In this document: positions 48,101 through 56,800 of the stretch, piece after piece
How the letters are laid out: each line of letters begins with the position of its first letter
Position numbering within the stretch: position 1 is the stretch's first letter
IMG/VR virus record: IMGVR_UViG_3300028197_001952
Coordinates: 1 to 64,000 of that record
DNA length: 64,000 nt
Direction: 5' to 3' (one strand)
From: a virus
Program-made: the position numbers and the translations under genes
Notes under the pieces: generated by a model
What the model was told of the DNA's origin: nothing
Databases searched by the model: none
What the model saw: only the letters and a program-made list of their open reading frames with translations

Positions 48101-48259
48101 AGCATGAGCAATATCACCAGCAATATAAATGAGGGAATCCTCAATTTTATCTTCTTTAACTTTTTTTAGGAATTTTTTGAATACCAATCTGTATTCTTTG
48201 TGCCTTTGTAGATTTCTAATGTGTAAATCCGCAAGGTGGTAAACCTTATTTATTATCAT
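45101..48259 (-). CDS. Fused Mre11/SbcD nuclease - Rad50/SbcC ATPase (gp47-gp46-like)
   Basis: Phosphoesterase motifs DLH, GD, GNHD, GDIH; Walker A PNASGKSS; coiled coils with CDVC hook; signature CSGME; Walker B/D-loop IDEGFGTLD; H-loop ISH. Confidence 0.93.
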   Translation of the reverse strand: MIINKVYHLADLHIRNLQRHKEYRLVFKKFLKKVKEDKIEDSLIYIAGDIAHAKTEMSPELIHEISWFLTECAKLRETVLITGNHDCNLNNSHRLDVLTPIVQNLNNPRIHYLRDTGVYPIYNLNFVVYSILDDKENWPKGKDIKEENTICLFHGPVNKAQTDIGYVVSSNSFQVDMFDGFDMAMLGDIHKRQTFGKGYEHIAYAGSMVQQNHGEMLENHGYLLWDIPTRTFTEHHIHNDYGFLTVDVVDGKIPQWVYDEVGTKLPKNPRLRLRFTNTGGAEMKLRITELKKIFKVAEVTVTRTDTMGQLKQNSKLNKNIVGNVKEETFQNQLIRDYLERRYLLGDDELNQITDINKQMNGLIDDSKIAENILWTPKDFQFSNMFSYGEDNLIRFDRAQGIVGIFAPNASGKSSLFDALSFCIYDKTSRTNVSKNILNNRKDKFYCKFNFEIDGVDYYIERVAKYVRRGTSVKVDVNFWKEDGGVIQSLNGEQRKDTNKEIERYLGKFEDFVLTTLSLQGNNALFIDKSQSERKEVLSQFIGVDIFDKLYQQAGDENRDNASLIRKFKQDDFTQKLADIAIELKEKKSEYKLLDIQQDSAKVEEEKLNKEIIKLNEKIVKLNADSGVSIEELEKRKKLLSSKQNDLKVSKNSIQDRITHREELQITLDEILDKFDEDDLEEGITKLKESRVKQRTLKSDVEKTKIKLDSLYERKEHLDSHKYDEECDVCMDNSQTIREQKAKVDSNIKEGESQLHEFNQQHLEVTLSIDSLVPYEKEWANFQEAKSKEDKIDREISGLINKLSTIETEELRNSTQLTQQEQLIEEYYKNETQINKNREYRDEIVDVRHDWEKIKQQIKNSNSEILSLNGKISALQNQKETIEDRVTEVKELESQSKLFDYYLNALGRDGVSYELIEKALPMIEGEVNNILGQIVDFGMQLEIDGKNINAYLVYSDQRWSLEMCSGMERFISGLAIRVALINVCNLPRPNFLVIDEGFGTLDSENLQSLFMLFTYLKTQFDFVMIISHIDSMRDVVDDLMTIKKEKGFSNVKY

Positions 48260-49197
48260 AAACCTTTTAATTTTTGTGATATTATATCACTAAATCCTGT
48301 TTGTTTGGATTCTTTTAATTTATTATTAACTTCTGAGAATCCCATATCAGATGCATCTTTACCGATTGGGATAATGTTTTTTGTATTAATACCTTGATTT
48401 GCAAATTGCATTGTATAGTGCAATGCTTGTCCTTGAGCATCTTCATCTAAAAATATATTTATAGATTTTACTCCTTTTTTATATATTTTTTCGTTTAGTT
48501 TTTTTGGTATGAATTTACCAAGTATAGGAATTGCATTTCGTTTAACTGCCATAGCATCAAATACTCCTTCTACTAAAGTTATAGGTTCATCCCAATTAAT
48601 TTGATTTTCAAACATTATAACATTTTTAGAAACAGGTGGATTTTTGTATTTAAACGATTCATCAGGAAATACTGAACGTGCGATGAAGTAATTAATTCTG
48701 TTATCAGAATCATAAGATGGAATGATAATACGACCAGCGTAGTGTCCTCCATCACAATAACCAATGTTATATCTTCTAATATCTTGAGTGGTAAGGTTAC
48801 GTTGTTTTGCATATTCAACTACCTTCTTGAACGTGGGATTAAACCCATTTGGTACTTTTAACAATGATTTAAATTCACTTGGTAAACGTAGTTCTACCTT
48901 TTCATCTTCGGTTTCTTTAGAATAAATTACATAATCATCTCCATAAATTTCATATATTTTTTTTAACTTATGTGTATTTACATTCAGTCGTTTTAATAAT
49001 CTTTGTATTCGTTTTCCTTTTGCATCACATACCCAACAATGCCATTGTTGTGTCTTTAAGTTAATTTGTAACTTTTTCTTATGATGATGACAAAAAGGAC
49101 AATAGTGGGCTTGTTCATCATTTTTCATAGATGTACCAATCCCCAAAGTATCATTTAATATATTAATAACCTCTTGTCTTTCGTGATGGGAAAGCAT
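48256..49197 (-). CDS. DNA primase (Zn finger plus TOPRIM; DnaG/gp61-like)
   Basis: CPFC..HCWVC, RIIIP, KYKNP, LVEGVFDA, LDED, KDASD. Confidence 0.9.
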   Translation of the reverse strand: MLSHHERQEVINILNDTLGIGTSMKNDEQAHYCPFCHHHKKKLQINLKTQQWHCWVCDAKGKRIQRLLKRLNVNTHKLKKIYEIYGDDYVIYSKETEDEKVELRLPSEFKSLLKVPNGFNPTFKKVVEYAKQRNLTTQDIRRYNIGYCDGGHYAGRIIIPSYDSDNRINYFIARSVFPDESFKYKNPPVSKNVIMFENQINWDEPITLVEGVFDAMAVKRNAIPILGKFIPKKLNEKIYKKGVKSINIFLDEDAQGQALHYTMQFANQGINTKNIIPIGKDASDMGFSEVNNKLKESKQTGFSDIISQKLKGL

Positions 49198-49215
49198 ATT
49201 TTATCTTTTAATAGT

Positions 49216-49342
49216 GTAAATATACGAAATTAAATCCACATATCCTAATTTTATTAATAATTTTTCGTCAATGGTCTTAAGACATGTTAAAATGTTTTTA
49301 CCCATATGATGTAATATACGAAATTATTCTGATATATCCAAG
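49216..49342 (-). promoter_or_regulatory. Two tandem Bacteroidota sigma-A-like promoters upstream of the primase operon
   Basis: Sense-strand TTAGGATAT-N7-TAATTTCGTATATTTAC (49216-49248) and CTTGGATAT-N7-TAATTTCGTATATTAC (49311-49342); resemble the -33 TTG / -7 TAnnTTTG consensus with a ~20-nt spacer. Confidence 0.55.
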
Positions 49343-49788
49343 TCTTTTCTGAAAAACTTTCCTAAAAGGTTATCGTTTAATGATAACTCATCAGCTAATA
49401 CGTTACTTGAAAACTGTTCTTGTAGTTCATAGTAAGTTAATGATTTCTTATTTGAACAAAATTTAAGTATTTTTAATTCAAGTCTATCATTAGAAGGTGG
49501 ATTTGCTCTTCCATCTTTATCAAACCAACCACTAACGATTTTGTTTGAAGAACGATAATCTACCCAATTGGATTCTTTGGTAACCATTTCATATCGTTTC
49601 ATTCTCTTATCTGTTAATTTAGCAATCTCTTTTTTACCAAACTTTCTCTTACGAGTAGATTGTACTTGTTTTTTACCGATGTAATATTCACCAGTTAATC
49701 CATTTGTTATTTTGTATATAAACCCATGTGTGCCTTCTGGCATATCATGTAGTTCGTTTATTACTTTACCTTGGTAGGTCCATGTCAT
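49324..49788 (-). CDS. GIY-YIG endonuclease (T4 endonuclease II/DenA-like)
   Basis: GFIYKITN..YIGKK, ESNW..Y.SS, LTYYE, LNDN. Start placed at MTWTY. Confidence 0.82.
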   Translation of the reverse strand: MTWTYQGKVINELHDMPEGTHGFIYKITNGLTGEYYIGKKQVQSTRKRKFGKKEIAKLTDKRMKRYEMVTKESNWVDYRSSNKIVSGWFDKDGRANPPSNDRLELKILKFCSNKKSLTYYELQEQFSSNVLADELSLNDNLLGKFFRKDLDISE

Positions 49789-50344
49789 AGTTAAATATTT
49801 TGAAATCATCTTTGTACCTTTCTTTGACCCAATCTATCATCCATTCTTCTGTAAAGAAGTTTCTATAATAATTTTCTTGATTTAAAGTAGGATGTGTATC
49901 GTAAATTGGATTACGGTTAAGATGCGGAATAGTTGAAGTACAATTTAATTTATTTAGTATATGTGCTACATCTTTCCCATAATTTTCATAATGAGCCACA
50001 TATGTTATTTTTCTGTGTTTTGTCTTTCCCGCATTAATGTAGTAACTTTGGGGGAGAATCCATTGATGAAATGGATTAGATTTTTCTAAAAACTCACCAA
50101 ATGAATAGTTGTGTGTTTTTTTTCTAAGTTCATGATTATACGCTGAGGCAATTCGTGTGTACGGATTTCTTACTATTGTAAAAATGTAATAATCCGGTGA
50201 ATCATCTACCCATCTAATTGAATCATGACCTGTTATTTGATTCGTACCACCTATGTTTCGTATGATGGAAGATAATGATGTTCCACCAGTTTTAGGTATA
50301 TGAATAAATGCCCATTTTTCAGAACTATTTATCAGTAAACTCAA
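49766..50344 (-). CDS. Sulfotransferase family 2 protein
   Basis: FIHIPKTGGTS (5'-PSB), VRNPYTRIASAY (3'-PB), PQ, YKDDFKIFNY. Confidence 0.85.
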   Translation of the reverse strand: MSLLINSSEKWAFIHIPKTGGTSLSSIIRNIGGTNQITGHDSIRWVDDSPDYYIFTIVRNPYTRIASAYNHELRKKTHNYSFGEFLEKSNPFHQWILPQSYYINAGKTKHRKITYVAHYENYGKDVAHILNKLNCTSTIPHLNRNPIYDTHPTLNQENYYRNFFTEEWMIDWVKERYKDDFKIFNYDMDLPR

Positions 50345-50353
50345 ATTATTGGC

Positions 50354-50536
50354 TTATCGTTCTACTGAGTCAGAATATTTTGCTTGGTTTAGTTTACCAC
50401 CACGAGCTGTTGCTAAAGCTTTATCGTCTTTATGTAGTTTATTAACCATATCAGCTGAAGTTGGTGTCTTATCCGCATTCGAACCATTTAACTTTGCAAA
50501 TTCTGATTTGCTATACATGTCTTGTATTGATCCCAT
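50354..50536 (-). CDS. Small hypothetical protein
   Basis: 60-aa ORF with upstream ATATTTATA motif. Confidence 0.6.
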   Translation of the reverse strand: MGSIQDMYSKSEFAKLNGSNADKTPTSADMVNKLHKDDKALATARGGKLNQAKYSDSVER

Positions 50537-50581
50537 AATATTGTTTTATTTTTATTTGTAAGATATATTAAAACCTTCTCA

Positions 50582-50590
50582 TATAAATAT
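50582..50590 (-). promoter_or_regulatory. ATATTTATA motif (putative phage late promoter)
   Basis: 45 nt upstream of the 50536 start. Confidence 0.55.
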
Positions 50591-50624
50591 GGTAAATTTA
50601 ATTAAACCGATTTATGAATTACCT

Positions 50625-51779
50625 TTATGTATCTAAACGAACAAGGAAATTCAAATCATAATCTGGTAGGTTCTTAATTGGTTGTGGTAATTTAGCTATT
50701 GCAATCATATCACCATCTTCATCATAAATTCCTATTGTTGATATAAATGGAGTTAAATACGAACCAGTTGGGTCGTATGATGCAGATGCATCATAATCAT
50801 CCCATGAACCACTTACTGATGGATTTACAGAACCACTAATATATTCAACTTGTTCTATTCTATCAATTACTGTTATTTTCTGTGATCCTGAAATTATTCC
50901 TGTATCTGCAGTTATTTCAGTTTCATATGAACCACTAATATCCATTACTACCGCAGATGGAGATTGTGAAAAATTAAACTCTCCTGATTTAGCAGTTAGT
51001 AATATTTCTAGTTCACTAATAGTTTTAGTTGATTTAAAATCCATTGTATAACTACTAAATTGTGTTGCAGCATCATTAAGTATAACTAATCCTTCAGAGT
51101 ATATCACATTACCAAATCGTATTTGATCAATATCTTGTCCATCAAAATCAAGAGCTAATTCAAACTGAATACTACCTTCTTCCAAATCTATACTCATTAA
51201 ATATATAGTATCAGTATCATTACCGAAGGTCATCTTTACGAGTCCAGATTCTAAATCAAGTGCAGCTGCATCATTTAAAGAGAATAATGTTCCTGTAAAT
51301 GTTTCACCCTCCGAGTCTACTATAATAATTTCACCAGTTTCTAAATTAATTGATGATATTACATATTTTGCAAATCTAGAAGTTATATTTCCATTTCCAT
51401 CATCAGAATATTCAGTTTCATTTGTTAAATCTTTTATAGTAAGAGAGTTTGGTTGTATACCTTCTCCATATTTTTTCTGAGGTATTATTATCACATATCC
51501 TGTTGTGCCAATTATTCTTTCCTGTTTTTCACCAATGTTTTCCATCCTACCATGTAGTAAAAATGGATTAGATATCTCAGTATAATATTTAGATTTTATT
51601 GATTGGAATAAAGGATATGTATATAATCCTTCTTGTTGAGTTGCAGTTTCTTTATCAAAGTTAGCTGATTTGATTAATGAACCTGATATTATAGGATATT
51701 CTGCGCTTGAAACTGTCCAAGCTTTATTAACTTGAAATGCCCTTTTGGAAATACTTGATTTTGGTATTGTCTTTAACAT
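50625..51779 (-). CDS. Virion structural protein (baseplate or tail-collar-like C-terminus)
   Basis: C-terminal GEFNFSQSP..TIGIYDEDGDMIAIAKLPQPI..LD shared with 51866..53089. Confidence 0.6.
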   Translation of the reverse strand: MLKTIPKSSISKRAFQVNKAWTVSSAEYPIISGSLIKSANFDKETATQQEGLYTYPLFQSIKSKYYTEISNPFLLHGRMENIGEKQERIIGTTGYVIIIPQKKYGEGIQPNSLTIKDLTNETEYSDDGNGNITSRFAKYVISSINLETGEIIIVDSEGETFTGTLFSLNDAAALDLESGLVKMTFGNDTDTIYLMSIDLEEGSIQFELALDFDGQDIDQIRFGNVIYSEGLVILNDAATQFSSYTMDFKSTKTISELEILLTAKSGEFNFSQSPSAVVMDISGSYETEITADTGIISGSQKITVIDRIEQVEYISGSVNPSVSGSWDDYDASASYDPTGSYLTPFISTIGIYDEDGDMIAIAKLPQPIKNLPDYDLNFLVRLDT

Positions 51780-51797
51780 ATAGATTTAACTCCTCTA

Positions 51798-51806
51798 TAT
51801 AAATAT
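51798..51806 (-). promoter_or_regulatory. ATATTTATA motif (putative phage late promoter)
   Basis: Immediately downstream of the terminator, 18 nt upstream of the 51779 start. Confidence 0.62.
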
Positions 51807-51809
51807 ACT

Positions 51810-51840
51810 AAAACAAAAAACCCCACTTTATAGGTGAGGT
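51810..51840 (-). terminator. Rho-independent terminator
   Basis: Sense strand ACCTCAC-CTATAAA-GTGGGGT followed by TTTTTGTTTT, 25 nt after the stop of 51866..53089. Confidence 0.75.
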
Positions 51841-51865
51841 CTTTATTGATTAAGGGGTATTATTT

Positions 51866-53089
51866 TTAAAAATCTAATTTAACTTTTATTAGTACTTCTT
51901 TATCGTATGATTTAGGAATCGGTTGTGATGTTTTAGCCACCGCAATAATTTCATTAGCATCATTCATCAATCCAATTGTTGTAATAAATGTTCTTGGGTC
52001 TTTTTCAAATGTTGATTCAACAAATGAATTATCAGAACCAGTTACAAATGTAGGATTGTTTGAGAAGTTAAACTCTCTGTTTGTAGCTCTTACAAAGAAA
52101 TGAGAAGTAGAAACATTTTCTGTTCTTCTTGCTTGGAAATCACCACCACCTTTAAGTGCGTTATGTAGAAGGTAATGATTTTGCCCTTCATATGCAGTTC
52201 CTGCATATAGAGATGCTCCTCTATTTGAACCACTGTCTATTGATGTTCCGATTAAAGAATGAACAGCAACAGGATTAAGTACAACCAACCCTTGGTCTGG
52301 ATAAAATCTACCTAAACCAGCTCCGTTTGAAGCAGTTATAGAGTTAATTGTTGCTTCGTTTTCAGTTCCTAAGTTTAATGAACCACTTGCTACATTAAAT
52401 ACTCTACCTGATTTTCCTACATCATCTGAGAATTTCTTTCCACTATCATCAATTAGAGTGTGTGTTCCTGTAGAACCACTTAAAATCATTGACCAGTTTC
52501 CAGCATCCATTTTTTCCTTATAACGAGCACGAGAAACATTTACAACATAAATATCATTTGCATTAGTTTCTGCACCAAGGTTATCTGTGAATGTGAAAAA
52601 CTCTTCACCAGCATCTAATAATATAGATTTGTATTGTGCGTAAGTTGCTTTACTTGCTAACGTTGATGAATCAGATGTTGTTAAATCAACAGAACCACTT
52701 GCAAATTTATGTCCATATGCAACTGCATATTGTACAGCTGCTGAACTTATAGTAGCAGGGTCTTTATCATATACATTAACATAGTAGTTTTTACTAGCAG
52801 CGGTTTGTGCTGATGATGTGTTGAAAGTACTTAAACTTCCAGTATCACCACTCCAAAGACCTGTTGTTACAACTTCTATCTTTCCGTTTACTTGATCAAA
52901 TTCACCAAATCTTTTATAGATACCATTAGAGATAGAACCTCCAGTTGCACCTAATTTATCTCCACCTGATAGGTATTGATTGGTGATTTTCATTATTTGC
53001 TCAGAGGTCAAATTACCTTGATTAGCATCTAGATAGTTTGCTAATTCCTGTGATAAATTTGTTCCAGCTTGTCCGTTTATTTGTGCCAT
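51866..53089 (-). CDS. Virion structural protein (paralog of 50625..51779)
   Basis: EFNFSNNPTF..TTIGLMNDANEIIAVAKTSQPI..KLDF; followed by a terminator. Confidence 0.62.
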   Translation of the reverse strand: MAQINGQAGTNLSQELANYLDANQGNLTSEQIMKITNQYLSGGDKLGATGGSISNGIYKRFGEFDQVNGKIEVVTTGLWSGDTGSLSTFNTSSAQTAASKNYYVNVYDKDPATISSAAVQYAVAYGHKFASGSVDLTTSDSSTLASKATYAQYKSILLDAGEEFFTFTDNLGAETNANDIYVVNVSRARYKEKMDAGNWSMILSGSTGTHTLIDDSGKKFSDDVGKSGRVFNVASGSLNLGTENEATINSITASNGAGLGRFYPDQGLVVLNPVAVHSLIGTSIDSGSNRGASLYAGTAYEGQNHYLLHNALKGGGDFQARRTENVSTSHFFVRATNREFNFSNNPTFVTGSDNSFVESTFEKDPRTFITTIGLMNDANEIIAVAKTSQPIPKSYDKEVLIKVKLDF

Positions 53090-53134
53090 GTTTCTTTTTT
53101 CTCTCTATTAGTTTATTTTATTACCATCTAAAAA

Positions 53135-53782
53135 TTATAATCTTCTATCCCTTACAAAAGGTTGTTTTAGAATTACTTCTACCGGTATAGTTTGTGAACC
53201 ACCAGTTTCGTTTCCGTAAACGGTAATAGTTGTTTTGATACTTTGTGTTAAATTTGGGTTTGGAATAAAAACAAAATTTAATCCAGTTTCAATAGCCGCA
53301 GTTGCAGTTAATTCATCACCTAAAAATGTTGGTGTTGTTCCTGCTCCAGCTGCTAATCCTTGTCCAACTATAGAACCTGCGTTCTTGTTAGCTAATATCA
53401 TAGTATATCCACTTTGTGTGTTACCACTAGGTGAAGTTGTTGGGGAAAGTGCTACTTTACCAGATTCAGGTCCTACCTTTAAACTTGGAATACCAAATTC
53501 TACTTTAGGAATCTTAACAGTTCCTTTTGGTAAAGTTACCAATTTATATTTTAATACTTGTGTTTCATCTGGAGAAGCTTCCGTAATTGGAATTGCTTTG
53601 ATTGCTGCATCATAAAATGCACTACCCTTTGGGTGTGCTGGTTCATATAATGTGTAATCTACCTCATCATCACCTAATGCGAATTTTGAGATACTAAGTC
53701 CTTCACCTGCTGCTAGCTTTTCTCTACCCTTTTTGGTAAGAATAGCATCAACTGTTATTTCTGCGTTATTTAAATAAGCCAT
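53135..53782 (-). CDS. Virion structural protein (tail-collar-like N-terminus)
   Basis: DAILTKKGREKLA..ISKFALGDDEVDY resembles the N-terminus of P2 gpH-type tail-collar domains. Confidence 0.58.
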   Translation of the reverse strand: MAYLNNAEITVDAILTKKGREKLAAGEGLSISKFALGDDEVDYTLYEPAHPKGSAFYDAAIKAIPITEASPDETQVLKYKLVTLPKGTVKIPKVEFGIPSLKVGPESGKVALSPTTSPSGNTQSGYTMILANKNAGSIVGQGLAAGAGTTPTFLGDELTATAAIETGLNFVFIPNPNLTQSIKTTITVYGNETGGSQTIPVEVILKQPFVRDRRL

Positions 53783-53810
53783 AATGTAATTTTCCCTTTG
53801 TTATTCAATA

Positions 53811-53819
53811 TATAAATAT
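53811..53819 (-). promoter_or_regulatory. ATATTTATA motif (putative phage late promoter)
   Basis: 28 nt upstream of the 53782 start. Confidence 0.6.
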
Positions 53820-53863
53820 AAGGATTTAATAAAATCATTTAATTTATAAATTATTTTTTGTTA

Positions 53864-56800
53864 TTAATCTACTTCTAAGATAGGTTCACCACTTCCTCTA
53901 CCACTATCAGATACTCTTAATGTATTCGGATTAGTTGTAAATGTTTGTACAGGAGAACCACCATCTAAAGTAGTTTTACTTGTTTGTTTAGAACCATTTG
54001 AGAATGAATTTTCCAATCCACTTGTTAAATCGCCAACGTTTCTATAATGATATGGTACATAACCATCTAATGGTACAACACTAACAATATTATTACCTGT
54101 TATTGAACCAGAATCTGCAAAATTTCTAAAACTTATTTTTTTTCTTTCGAATGTTTGTGTTACAAAATGTCTTCCCATCGATGAATCTGATGAATTTATG
54201 TTTTCTGGAACATCTACCGTATAACTTTCTGTTATAACGTCAACTCTCTTTCTTACTTTGTAGAAATTATTATCTTTATCTAGTTTAGTAATAATAGCAT
54301 GTCCGTTTTCACCATATAAACCAAAACCAGCTACTGTTAGTGAATCGGGATCCATACCCACTTGATTAAAAATAGTTCCATCAAACTCACCTTGAATAGA
54401 ACCAGTAATAGATGCATCTATATTAAATGATATTCCTGCCATATCAGAACCACTATTTCTTGTAATAAACCCTTGTTCTTTTGTTAAGTTATTTATATCC
54501 AATGTTGCATTAATAGTTTGATATGAACCTACTAAGTTAGTTGAAGTTGTTGAATCTACCAATCCATTAAAGTCATTTTTATTACCTTTTAACTTAGTAT
54601 CATCTTGTGCAGATAATTTACCCGATACAACATTATCTGTAGATTTAATGGTGTGCTCTACCTTTACTACTCCTGCATGGTTATGAGGTGATGCCGTTGT
54701 AGGTCTTTGTTCTATCTTACTTCTTTCAAGAATGTGAGGAGATATTAGTATACCAGTTGCTACTTTTGCTCTTGCTGGTACAAGTGATTCTAATACATCG
54801 AATAAAGATTTATCTATATATCTAACTAATTGAATATATTCTCCAATATTTAAATTAAATCTTTTAAAGTAATAATTTCTTAATTTAGATAGTTCACCAT
54901 ATTCTGTTTTAAATGCATCACCAGGATCTCCAATGTAATTATCTATTTCAAAACCACCAAGTGATTTCATAATATCTAAATTAATTTCTTTGGTAGGTGA
55001 GAAAAACAATCCTAATTTATCAGAATCAAGTGGTGCTTGGTCTAATGATTTTTTAGTAGCTCTACTTCTGTATGATAAATCTGTTATTTTAGTTTGGGTT
55101 TCAAATCTTACTTTATTACCAGGTGCAAATCCACTAGATGGTACTTGTGCAGTTACACTTCTATCATACACAACATATTGATGTGGATAATCGGTAATTG
55201 ATGTAAAGTTAGAAGCAGTTACAAATGAACTATATGTTGTATCTATTGAAACATTCTTAATAGATGTATCTCCCGCTGAACTTCTATCCTTTGGATATTC
55301 AAAATCTAATCTAAGTAATAAATCTTCAGTAGATGATGATATGTGATTTCCATTAATAGCTTCTGGCATTAATGTATGGTCTTTAATTACAGATTCACTC
55401 AAAGGAGCAGACCATAATCTAAATTCATCGATAGAACCAGTTAACGTAGAACCACCAAGTGTTAATACATTTCCAGATTCCCATCCACTACTTCCACTTG
55501 GAGTTGATATCGCAGTAAAAGCAGTATTTCGTATTCTTCCATCTACTCCCTCCTTCAAATAAACATTAAATGTATCTTCTGTACTTCCTGTAATTCTATT
55601 TACATTAATCTGTGCGTACTCATCATTAAATACTACAACTTGTTCTGTTGAAGATGATACATAAGTAGCTCCATTTAATATGTTAAATGTTAATTTAGCA
55701 AGTGAACCAGAATCAAGATAATCAAGATCTAAACTCCATCCATTTGCACTTATTAATCTTTGGTCTTTTTTCTGATTTGTATTTAATCTAAATTCTACTG
55801 AGTTTGGATAATATTCTTTATGAGATTTCCATGGTACTACTATAGAATTACTTCCACTAATATTAATTGAAGATGTTCTATCGTCATATGTAAATGTACT
55901 AGTTCCATTCCCAGGTTGAGGTCCTCCAAATTCCATTACAGTCAACATTGACTGTGGGATTCCATAACAACTTAATGCAGCTGATATAGCTCTTCGTGTA
56001 CCTTTATTTTTTTGTAGATATGGTAAGTTATTAAGCAATCTTCTCCATATTTCATTTTGCCTATCCTTACCACTCATTGTGGTTGCAGTAGAACCATCTG
56101 AATTCTTACCAAATGCATATTCCCAAAGTGTTTGAGATTGTGCACCCATATCAGCATCCCATCCTAGGGATTCTAACATGTGATAAATTAACTTATCATT
56201 AATTCCGTTTTCAAACTTATGTTCTAATTGTTTTGTTTGAGATATTCCCTTTATATGTAACCACAACACATCAAAGTGTTGTCCTACCATATCAAAGAAT
56301 AATGGGAAAGTAGATCCTTCTGGATCATTTTTTATATGTAGTGGTAAGTTATTAACTAACCTAGAACTATTATCTGCATCGAAATTAGAAGCACTTACAA
56401 TCGTATTTTCATACCAGTTTAATGATGCTTGATGTGTTGATGCTGATAATGCATTCTGTCCTGCTCCTGGATATGTAATATTACTTATAGATGAACTTGT
56501 GAATAAGAATTTTTCAAAAGAATCAAATCCTTTTTTTACTTCACTTATCTTACCAAGTGTTCTTTGTGCTTCATTTGTTACTGCAACTGAACTTGATGCG
56601 GCTCCTGTGATATTACTTGATACTCCACCAAATTCAATAGAACTTCCGGATACCAATCCACCATATCGTTCTTCATATGATTGAATTAGTTTAACCTTAT
56701 AAACAAAGTTTTCAACTCTCTCTACAGCAGATGAATATTTTACAAAATTACCAAAATCGATTGACCTACTAGGGTGTTCTAAGGAATATGTTCCTGTTGA

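Noticed and set aside
49201-49305. 34-aa minus-strand ORF (MGKNILTCLK...) that fits between the upstream promoter copy and the primase start
   Set aside because: It overlaps the second promoter copy and has no recognisable features. It could be a leader peptide but there is no support.
49324-49788. GIY-YIG gene as a mobile homing endonuclease
   Set aside because: It is short, lacks NUMOD-type DNA-binding repeats, does not interrupt a gene, and resembles DenA-type stand-alone nucleases.
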